This document shows, piece by piece, positions 10,431 through 17,447 of a stretch of 60,798 nt of DNA (positions within the stretch are counted from its first letter, which is position 1; each line of letters starts with the position of its first letter). The position numbers and the translations under genes are program-made. This DNA is from Streptosporangiaceae bacterium (lineage in GTDB: Bacteria; Actinomycetota; Actinomycetes; Streptosporangiales; Streptosporangiaceae), in the NCBI GenBank assembly GCA_036758685.1, contig DAIOWC010000005.1:1-60798 (forward strand). The letters are read 5' to 3'. Under the pieces are notes generated by a model that was not told the origin of the DNA, made no database searches, and saw only the letters and a program-made list of their open reading frames with translations.

Positions 10431-11402
10431 ATGCGCCGCATTGCTGCGTCCCTCCTGATACCCCTCGTCGCCGGTGCGGCGCTCGTGGGTTGCGGGTCAT
10501 CGAGCCCGTCCGGCTCCGCCAGCGGGAACGCGAATTCCGCCGTGACTGTCTCCGGGACCTTCAACCACACCCCGACGGTGAAGATCCCGCACGAGAAGCC
10601 GACGGCCAAGCTCTACTACAGCACGCCGATCAAGGGCTCGGGCGGCGCGATCGCCTCGGGTGACCTCGCGCTGGCCAACGTCGCGATCTACAAGTGGAGC
10701 GGGAAGACGAGCACCCTGCTGGACAGCACCTACACCAGCGGGCCGCAGCTCATCCCGGCGACTCTGCCCCTGTCGGGCCTCACGACGGCGCTGAAGGGTG
10801 CCTCGATCGGCAGCCGCATCGTCGCGGTCCTGCCGCCGAAGTACGCCTACGGCACGCAGGGGAACTCCAGCCTGAACGTCAAGGGCACCGACACGCTGGT
10901 CTGGGTCATCGACCTGCTGCAGCAGTTCGCGCCCGGCCAGTCGGTCAGCGGCTCGCAGACCTCGAACGGCGGCGGGGCGCTGCCGACCGTGACGACCAAG
11001 GCCGGCTCGGCGCCGGTGGTCACGATCCCGAAGAAGTCGCCGCCGACCAAGCTCTCGGTCACGACCCTCATCAAGGGCAACGGCGCCGAGCTGCAAGAGG
11101 GTGACACGGTCGTGGCCCAGTACGTCGGGGTGAACTGGCGCACCGGCAAGGTGTTCAGCGCTTCGTGGCCTTCGTCGTCGCAGCCGAGTGGTCAGCCGTT
11201 CTCGTTCCAGCTCGGCGGGCAGGTCATCACGGGCTGGAATGACGGGCTGCCCGGCACCACCGTCGGCAGCCGCGTCATGCTCGTCATCCCGCCGTCGCTG
11301 GGCTACGGCCCGAGCGGCGGCCAGGCGAGCGCCGGGATCAAGAAGAACGACTCGCTCGTGTTCGTCATCGACATCCTGGGCGTCCAGGGCCCGTCATCCT
11401 GA
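10431..11402 (+). CDS. Lipoprotein with two FKBP-type peptidyl-prolyl cis-trans isomerase domains
   Basis: ATG at 10431 with SD gagga 5 nt upstream; the track starts at TTG 10407. The signal peptide has lipobox LVGC. Two FKBP motifs are present (...ITGWNDGLPGTTVGSRVMLVIPPSLGYG). Confidence 0.85.
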   Translation: MRRIAASLLIPLVAGAALVGCGSSSPSGSASGNANSAVTVSGTFNHTPTVKIPHEKPTAKLYYSTPIKGSGGAIASGDLALANVAIYKWSGKTSTLLDSTYTSGPQLIPATLPLSGLTTALKGASIGSRIVAVLPPKYAYGTQGNSSLNVKGTDTLVWVIDLLQQFAPGQSVSGSQTSNGGGALPTVTTKAGSAPVVTIPKKSPPTKLSVTTLIKGNGAELQEGDTVVAQYVGVNWRTGKVFSASWPSSSQPSGQPFSFQLGGQVITGWNDGLPGTTVGSRVMLVIPPSLGYGPSGGQASAGIKKNDSLVFVIDILGVQGPSS

Positions 11403-12530
11403 GGTAGCCGCCTGCAGGCCGGCCGCGTGCCGGCCTGCAGCTGCCGCCGCGAGGAAGTACGCCAGGTCCTCGTCGAGGCCGCGGCCCATGGTGGACAGCG
11501 GCACCGGGCACGCCCGGAGCACGTCTTCCAGCCCCGCGACGCTGACCCGGACGAGGCTGTGCCTGGCGGCGAGCGGGGCGGCCGCCGCGGCCACCTGCGC
11601 CCCGAACTCGCCCGGCAGCTCGGGTACGACGATGTCCGCCCTGGCCAGGGCCACCCGGCCGTAGGCAGTCAGGCTGTGGTGAGAGACGCCGCGATGGCGC
11701 GGCCGCGGGTCGGCCTGGCTGACCCGAAGCGATCCGACGGCTGAGCCGCCGAGTACCGCGGCGGCGTTGATGGCCTCGCCCGCGGCGACGCCGGAGAAGC
11801 CCCAGCGGGTGCCCGAGCCGAGGTTTCCCGGACCCTGGATGACCACGGCTAGCTCGGCGTCCAGCACGTGCCTGGCCGCGAGCAGGCCGCTATGCAGGGT
11901 GACGGCCTCCAGGTCGCCGCCGAAGGCCTGGCCGACCGTTACGGTCCCGGCCAGCCACCCCAGATCGGTCAGGGCGGCCACGGTGCGGGAGAACCACACG
12001 GGGAGGGCGCCGCCGTCGAGCATGACGTAGGCGACGCGCGGATCGTCCGACTCGGGCCCTGCTGACCCGGGGGACGACCCCCGGAACCCCCGCCTAGCGC
12101 CAGCTCGTTCCGATCTATAGGCCGCCAGGATCGCAGGCAGCGCGGAGTGCAGATCGGCGGCGACCACGGGCATCCCGCCGAGGTCGTCGGCGTCTTGCAG
12201 CCGGTCGTGGTAGGGCGAGCCCTGCTCCTCGGCGCCGAGCACGGTCGCCTGCAGCGGCGTGTACCGTGCCTTGATCAGATGGCCAGGCCCGGCCGCGTCG
12301 GCCGGCAGCCGGTCGGGGATCGCCACCACCAGGGCATAGCCACCGGTGCCGAGCCCGAGGTCGAGGGCTCCGGTATTGAGCAGGACCCGGTCGCCGGGCG
12401 CGGGCGTCCCGGTCAGCTCCGGATAGGCGAGTGCCAGCACCGTCACGTCACCGATGCGCACCTCGAGCTCGAGCGCGCCGCGCCACGATCGGCCGAGCGC
12501 TGAAACCTCGCCACTGCGCCACCTGATCAC
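11394..12530 (-). CDS. DUF3866-like conserved hypothetical protein
   Basis: 378 aa with good coding character. Its size and N-terminal pattern (...LNTGALDLGLGTGGYALVVAI...) match my recollection of the DUF3866 family. It contains repeat copy 2 in-frame. Confidence 0.65.
   Translation of the reverse strand: MIRWRSGEVSALGRSWRGALELEVRIGDVTVLALAYPELTGTPAPGDRVLLNTGALDLGLGTGGYALVVAIPDRLPADAAGPGHLIKARYTPLQATVLGAEEQGSPYHDRLQDADDLGGMPVVAADLHSALPAILAAYRSERAGARRGFRGSSPGSAGPESDDPRVAYVMLDGGALPVWFSRTVAALTDLGWLAGTVTVGQAFGGDLEAVTLHSGLLAARHVLDAELAVVIQGPGNLGSGTRWGFSGVAAGEAINAAAVLGGSAVGSLRVSQADPRPRHRGVSHHSLTAYGRVALARADIVVPELPGEFGAQVAAAAAPLAARHSLVRVSVAGLEDVLRACPVPLSTMGRGLDEDLAYFLAAAAAGRHAAGLQAATSG
12060..12093. 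repeat. GC-hairpin repeat, copy 2 (inside the DUF3866-like CDS)
   Basis: tgctgacccgggggacgacccccggaacccccgc is read on the minus strand as ...RRGFRGSSPGSAG.... Confidence 0.7.
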
Positions 12531-12568
12531 TCAGGCAGGGTAGCGTCGGAGCCGGGGAAGGGAAGGCG

Positions 12569-13522
12569 ATGTCAAGGCGGAAGACCGAGCGACTGCTGAG
12601 CCTTGTCGTCTGCCTGCTGTCGGCTCGCCGGTACCTGACCGCGGCGCAGATCCGGGACGCGGTGCCTGGCTATCCAGACTCGTTCGACGCGTTCAAACGA
12701 ATGTTCGAGCGCGACAAGGACGAACTCCGCGAGCTGGGGATCCCGCTGGAGACCGGGGTGAACGCGGGGACCGAGGACGAGGCCGGATACCGGATCTCCC
12801 GCCAGGCCTACGAGCTGCCCGACATCAGGCTCGAGCCGGACGAGGCGGCGGTGCTCGGGCTGGCCGCGCGGGTGTGGCGCCGCGCCGAGCTGGCCGGAGC
12901 GGCCGAGGGGGCGCTGCTGAAGCTGCGCGCCGCCGGGATCGAGGCCGAGGATATGAGCCAGCCCGGCATCGAGCCGAGGCTGCAGACCGGCGAGGCGGCG
13001 TTCGGCCCGCTGTGGGAGGCCGTTCGCGATCGGCGCCCCGTGTCCTTCGGCTACCTGGCCGCGGGCCGGTCGACGTCGCAGCAGCGCCTGCTCGAGCCCT
13101 GGGGCGTGGTGAACCGGCGCGGCCGGTGGTATGTGGTCGGGCACGATCGCGACCGGGGTGAGCAGCGGGTGTTCCGGCTGAGCCGGATCGCGGGGTCGGT
13201 GACGTTCATCGGCCCGTCGGGCTCGGTGACCGTCCCGCCGGGCACGGACGTACGCGGCACGGTCATGGCGTGGGACTCCGAGCCGCCGCCGGTGCGGACC
13301 TGCCGCCTGCGCATCCGCCAGGGCGCCGGGCATGGCCTCCGCCGGCACGCCCGCAGCGTGACGCCCGCTCGTCAGTCCGGATGGGATGAGGTCGAGGTGA
13401 CCTTCACCGACCTGGGATGGTTCGCCGAGCAGATTGCCTCCTTCGGCGCCGACGTGGTCGTGCTCGAACCCATGGACCTGCGAGATGCCGTGATCGGCCG
13501 GCTCAAGGGAGTGCTGGCATGA
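12569..13522 (+). CDS. pafB: WYL-domain HTH transcriptional regulator PafB
   Basis: 317 aa. It has an N-terminal wHTH (RLLSLVVCLLSARRYLTAAQIRDAV) and a WYL-type middle domain. It forms a pair with a paralogous downstream gene, between pafA and tatA, as in mycobacteria. Confidence 0.85.
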   Translation: MSRRKTERLLSLVVCLLSARRYLTAAQIRDAVPGYPDSFDAFKRMFERDKDELRELGIPLETGVNAGTEDEAGYRISRQAYELPDIRLEPDEAAVLGLAARVWRRAELAGAAEGALLKLRAAGIEAEDMSQPGIEPRLQTGEAAFGPLWEAVRDRRPVSFGYLAAGRSTSQQRLLEPWGVVNRRGRWYVVGHDRDRGEQRVFRLSRIAGSVTFIGPSGSVTVPPGTDVRGTVMAWDSEPPPVRTCRLRIRQGAGHGLRRHARSVTPARQSGWDEVEVTFTDLGWFAEQIASFGADVVVLEPMDLRDAVIGRLKGVLA

Positions 13523-14520
13523 ACGACAGTGCCGCCCGCAACCAGACCGCGACCGACCGGCTGCAACGGCTGCTGGCGCTGGTCCCGTACGTGGTCAGCC
13601 GGAACGTCGTGGGCATGGCCGAGACCGCGGCCGCCTTCGGGATCACCGAGCGGGAGCTGGTCGATGACCTCAACATGCTCTGGTGCGTCGAGCTGAGGTC
13701 GCCCGACCCGTACTGCCCGATCGACCTGTCCTACGAGGGCGGCGAGATCATGATCAGCGAGGCCGAGGCCATGGACAGGCCGCTCCGCCTCGGGGTCGAC
13801 GAGGCGTGCGCGCTGCTGGTGGCCCTGCGCATGCTGGCCGAGCTGCCAAGCATCGGGGACGGGTCGGCGCTGAGCCGGACGATCGCCAAGCTGGAGGCGG
13901 CGGCAGGCAACGCGGGCGGCCCGAGCGCCCAGGTGGCGGTCCAGATGGACCACCTCGCCGGGCAGACGGCCATGGCCCAGATCACCGACGCCCTCGGCCG
14001 GGACCGGCGCCTGCACATCTCGTACTACGTTCACGGCCGGGACGAGGCGACCGAGCGGGACGTGGACCCGATGCGCCTGCTCGTCGTCGAGGGCCGCACC
14101 TACCTGGAAGGGTGGTGCCGCCGGGCGAACGCGGTGCGGACCTTCCGGCTGGACCGGATCCTGGCTCTTGAGGTCCTGGACGTGGCCAAGGAGGTGCCCA
14201 CCGGCGCCCAGCCCGTGGACGTCGATGGCGGCCTGTTCCGGCCCTCGCCGGAGGACGTTCACGTGGTGCTTGAGCTGGGCGCCGCCGGGCGGTGGGTGGC
14301 CGAGTACTTCCCGTGCGAGTCGGCCGAGGAGACGCCCGACGGGCGGCTGCGGATCATGCTGCGGACGCCGGACACCCAGATGGTACGCAGGCTGGCGCTG
14401 CGTCTCGGGGAGGACGGCCGGGTGATCTCCCCGCCCGAGCTGGCCGAGCAGATCGCCGCCGATGCCATGGCGGCGCTTGAGCACTATGCGACGCAGAGCA
14501 TTATGGACACCGCAATGTGA
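13519..14520 (+). CDS. pafC: WYL-domain HTH transcriptional regulator PafC
   Basis: ATG at 13519 overlaps the pafB stop (ATGA); the track ORF opens earlier, at 13417. The 333-aa product is paralogous to PafB. Confidence 0.85.
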   Translation: MNDSAARNQTATDRLQRLLALVPYVVSRNVVGMAETAAAFGITERELVDDLNMLWCVELRSPDPYCPIDLSYEGGEIMISEAEAMDRPLRLGVDEACALLVALRMLAELPSIGDGSALSRTIAKLEAAAGNAGGPSAQVAVQMDHLAGQTAMAQITDALGRDRRLHISYYVHGRDEATERDVDPMRLLVVEGRTYLEGWCRRANAVRTFRLDRILALEVLDVAKEVPTGAQPVDVDGGLFRPSPEDVHVVLELGAAGRWVAEYFPCESAEETPDGRLRIMLRTPDTQMVRRLALRLGEDGRVISPPELAEQIAADAMAALEHYATQSIMDTAM

Positions 14521-14640
14521 CGTTCACGCGCTGGCTAACCGCCATCCGACGGCCAGCCACGTATAGCCGTTTGCATAGAGCCCGCGTGTAGACTCTTGGC
14601 GAGGCCGAGGGGCCCGACACCCGTGTGAATGGGGACTTAC

Positions 14641-15006
14641 ATGTTTGACCCGAGCGCACCACACATCATCATTCTGCTGATCGTGGTCCTGCTGTTGTTC
14701 GGGTCCAGGCGGCTTCCCGGCGCGGCTAAGTCACTGGGCCAGTCCATGCATATCTTCAAGCGCAGCATCTCGGGCCTGGACTCTGAGGACGATGCGGCCA
14801 ACCCGTACCCGGTCAACTCCGCCAACCCGGCCAACCCGGCGATGCCACCGGTCCTGCCGCCCGCGGTCCAGCAGCCCGCCCCGGTCCAGGACGCCACGCA
14901 GAGTCAGCTGCAGGACCTCCAGCGCCAGATCCAGGATCTGCAGCAGCAGGCTGCTGGCGGCAACGCCGGGCAGGCGAATGCCGGGCAGACCAGCCAGCCG
15001 TTCTAG
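14641..15006 (+). CDS. tatA: Twin-arginine translocase subunit TatA/E
   Basis: MFDPSAPHIIILLIVVLLLFGSRRLPGAAKSLGQSMHIFK is a TM helix followed by an amphipathic helix, then a Q/P-rich tail. SD gggga lies 5 nt upstream. An alternative ATG is at 14629. Confidence 0.9.
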   Translation: MFDPSAPHIIILLIVVLLLFGSRRLPGAAKSLGQSMHIFKRSISGLDSEDDAANPYPVNSANPANPAMPPVLPPAVQQPAPVQDATQSQLQDLQRQIQDLQQQAAGGNAGQANAGQTSQPF

Positions 15007-15021
15007 CTGCCTGAGGTGGTT

Positions 15022-15948
15022 ATGCCGGACGACGGCCTTGATCCGTATGCGGCTGACCGGGCCGCGGAGATTGGGCGCAGTCACCGGGTGAACCCCGAGG
15101 CGCGGATGCCGCTCATGGAGCACATCCGCGAGCTGCGGAACCGGGTCCTGAAGGTCACCCTCGCGGTCGTCGTCGGCTCGGTCATCGGCTGGTACCTCTA
15201 CCCCCATGTCTGGCATTTCATCGAGGCGCCGTACTGCCGGATCCCGCAGCCGCGGGACCTTTTCGCCGGCAAGGGCTGCCATCTGTTCGTGACCGGGCTG
15301 TTCGACGGCCTGTTCCTGCGCCTGAAGATCTCCATCGTCACCGGCCTGATCATCAGCTCGCCGGTCTGGTTCTACCAGATGTGGGCGTTTATCGCGCCCG
15401 GCCTGTACCGGCGGGAGCGGCGCTGGGCCTACTTCTTCGTGGGGGCGGCGGTACCGCTGTTCGTGGGTGGCGGGGCCACCGCCTACTTCGCGATGAGCAA
15501 GGGAATCCACTTCCTGCTCGACCTGGTGCCGCCGGGTGCCACGGCGATCATCACGATCGACACCTACATCGGCTACGCGCTGGCCATGCTGGCGATCTTC
15601 GGCATCGCCTTCGAGCTGCCGCTGGTTTTTATCCTGCTGAACGTGGCCGGCGTCCTGACCCACGAGCGGTTCAGGAAGTGGCGCCGGATGATCATTTTTC
15701 TGGTGTTCGCGTTCGCGGCCGTCTTCACGCCGAGCCCCGACCCGATCAGCATGCTGCTGCTCGCCGTGCCGTGCGTGGTCCTGGTCGAGGCATCGGAGGT
15801 CTTCGTCTGGGCCAATGACCGCCGGCGGGCGCGCGCCGGCAGCCTGGCCTACCCCGGCCTGAGTGCCGAGGAAGTCGCCGCCTACGGGCTGGACAAGCCG
15901 CTCGAGGGCGAGGTCGACGCGGCGGCGGGCAGCTCAGCCGGCTCCTAA
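15022..15948 (+). CDS. tatC: Twin-arginine translocase subunit TatC
   Basis: About 308 aa with six predicted TM helices and the motif MPLMEHIRELRNR. An alternative GTG start is at 15016. Confidence 0.92.
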   Translation: MPDDGLDPYAADRAAEIGRSHRVNPEARMPLMEHIRELRNRVLKVTLAVVVGSVIGWYLYPHVWHFIEAPYCRIPQPRDLFAGKGCHLFVTGLFDGLFLRLKISIVTGLIISSPVWFYQMWAFIAPGLYRRERRWAYFFVGAAVPLFVGGGATAYFAMSKGIHFLLDLVPPGATAIITIDTYIGYALAMLAIFGIAFELPLVFILLNVAGVLTHERFRKWRRMIIFLVFAFAAVFTPSPDPISMLLLAVPCVVLVEASEVFVWANDRRRARAGSLAYPGLSAEEVAAYGLDKPLEGEVDAAAGSSAGS

Positions 15949-16007
15949 CGCCGCCGGCTCCTCCCGCCCTGAGCGAACGCGGCTACCCGGCGCGGAGCGC
16001 GCCTGCG

Positions 16008-16994
16008 ATGCTGGCGGAGATGAGCAGCTCGGGGTACGACCCCTTTTCTCGCGGCCGGTTCGGAGTCGGCAGCGCCAGCCTGGAGGCGGTCGATGGCAGC
16101 CGGGGCCGGACGTTCCCGGTTGAGATCTGGATCCCGGCGGAGGCGCCGGGGCCGCTCCCGCTGGTGATCTTCTCGCACCACAGTGGCGGCGGCCGTCTCG
16201 GCGCGACGTACCTGTGCATGCACCTGGCTAGTCACGGCTACGTCGTGGCCGCGATGGACCATAGCGAGGTGGTGGCTCCGGAGTTCGGGAGCCGGGCGGG
16301 TGAGTCGGCCGCCGAGCGCGCTGCCCGCATCGACGCGGTCATCTCGGCTCGCGTCCCTGACGTGCGATTCCTGCTTGACTACCTGCTGGACGGCCGGGCG
16401 AGCCGTGAGCTGGCCGGCCGTGAGCTGGATGCCGGGCGGATCGGCCTCGCGGGGCACAGCTTCGGCGGCTGGACTGCGCTGGCCGTGCCGGAGCAGGAGG
16501 AGAGGGTCGCGGCGGTCGTCGCCCTGGCACCCGGCGGGAGCTCGCGCCCGGTACCGGGAGTGCTGCCGCTGACGCTGACGTTCGACTGGCGACGGCCGGC
16601 CCCGGTGCTGATCCTGACCGGTGACTGCGACGTGCCCGTGCCGCTGGACGGGGTCCAGGAGGTGTTCGGGCGGGCGCCTTCGCCGAAGCGGATGTTCGTG
16701 CTGCGCCGGGCCGACCACGAGCACTTCGCGGACGACGTCGAGGCGACCCACGAGGCGCTGCGGGCAATGACGCTGCCGGGAGAGGCGGCCTGGATGACGG
16801 CCGCCATGCTCCCGGCCAGCGCGCTAGTTTCCGGTGAGACCGCGCACACCTTTACCTGCGGTCTCGTCGTGGCCCACCTGGACTCGGCGCTACGCGCCGA
16901 TCCCGCGGCGGGGGAGTTCCTGTCCACCGGAGCCGAGCCAGCGCTAGCTGCACTCGGTGTGGACGGGTACGCCTGCCGGCCTGCGGCTAGCTGA
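16008..16994 (+). CDS. Alpha/beta hydrolase (dienelactone hydrolase / PAF-acetylhydrolase-like)
   Basis: 328 aa with nucleophile elbow GHSFGG and the alpha/beta-fold pattern. Confidence 0.75.
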   Translation: MLAEMSSSGYDPFSRGRFGVGSASLEAVDGSRGRTFPVEIWIPAEAPGPLPLVIFSHHSGGGRLGATYLCMHLASHGYVVAAMDHSEVVAPEFGSRAGESAAERAARIDAVISARVPDVRFLLDYLLDGRASRELAGRELDAGRIGLAGHSFGGWTALAVPEQEERVAAVVALAPGGSSRPVPGVLPLTLTFDWRRPAPVLILTGDCDVPVPLDGVQEVFGRAPSPKRMFVLRRADHEHFADDVEATHEALRAMTLPGEAAWMTAAMLPASALVSGETAHTFTCGLVVAHLDSALRADPAAGEFLSTGAEPALAALGVDGYACRPAAS

Positions 16995-17117
16995 CCGGCG
17001 TAGCCTCGGCTGACGCTCGGCCAGCTTGGCCGTGCGCACGAGCCTGCGGCTGGCGGCCCGGCGGCGCTGCTCCTCGAGGTGATCTTCGGCTACAGCCAGG
17101 ATCACGTTCGCGTACAT
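16944..17117 (-). CDS. Candidate small basic protein (57 aa)
   Basis: Not in the ORF track as a separate entry. ATG at 17117 is preceded by ggaggg 5 nt upstream. Product: MYANVILAVAEDHLEEQRRRAASRRLVRTAKLAERQ.... Its 3' end overlaps the convergent hydrolase gene by about 50 nt. Confidence 0.35.
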   Translation of the reverse strand: MYANVILAVAEDHLEEQRRRAASRRLVRTAKLAERQPRLRRSASRRPAGVPVHTECS

Positions 17118-17264
17118 CGTTGCCCTCCTGTCTGCGGGCCGACCTGGCCCGACACATTCGAGACTCGCAGTAAGGCCGGCCGCAGCGAATCGGACGGATT
17201 CCCTATTTCGGCGGCCAGCCGGACGCGGCACTCTAAGGCGGCGCCTACGGCGGCGGATAACCAG

Positions 17265-17292
17265 TTGCGCGGCCGCTGGAGATCCATAAGGT
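17265..17292 (+). promoter_or_regulatory. Candidate sigma70-type promoter upstream of the RPP-like GTPase
   Basis: TTGCGC-16 nt-TAAGGT (the -10 fits TAnnnT), about 40 nt upstream of the uORF ATG. Confidence 0.3.
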
Positions 17293-17333
17293 GGCTGCTG
17301 AAAGCACGTGTGCCGACACCCTGAGGAGGGCAG

Positions 17334-17447
17334 ATGCGCGAGGCGTCCATGTCCATCGTGATGTCCGTTGAGGCCGGTACGAAGGGTATGGCGCGTGTCG
17401 CGGAAGACACTCAACCTCGGGATTCTGGCGCATGTAGACGCCGGTAA
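17334..17447 (+). CDS. Candidate 37-aa leader peptide (uORF) overlapping the GTPase start
   Basis: ATG at 17334 is preceded by the strong SD gaggaggg. It is read in a different frame from the GTPase and terminates (TAA at 17445-17447) 50 nt inside it. Confidence 0.3.
   Translation: MREASMSIVMSVEAGTKGMARVAEDTQPRDSGACRRR

Noticed and set aside
14571-14594. TTGCAT … TAGACT as a tatA promoter.
   Set aside because: The spacing between the hexamers is only 12 nt. TAGACT alone fits TAnnnT but is insufficient evidence.
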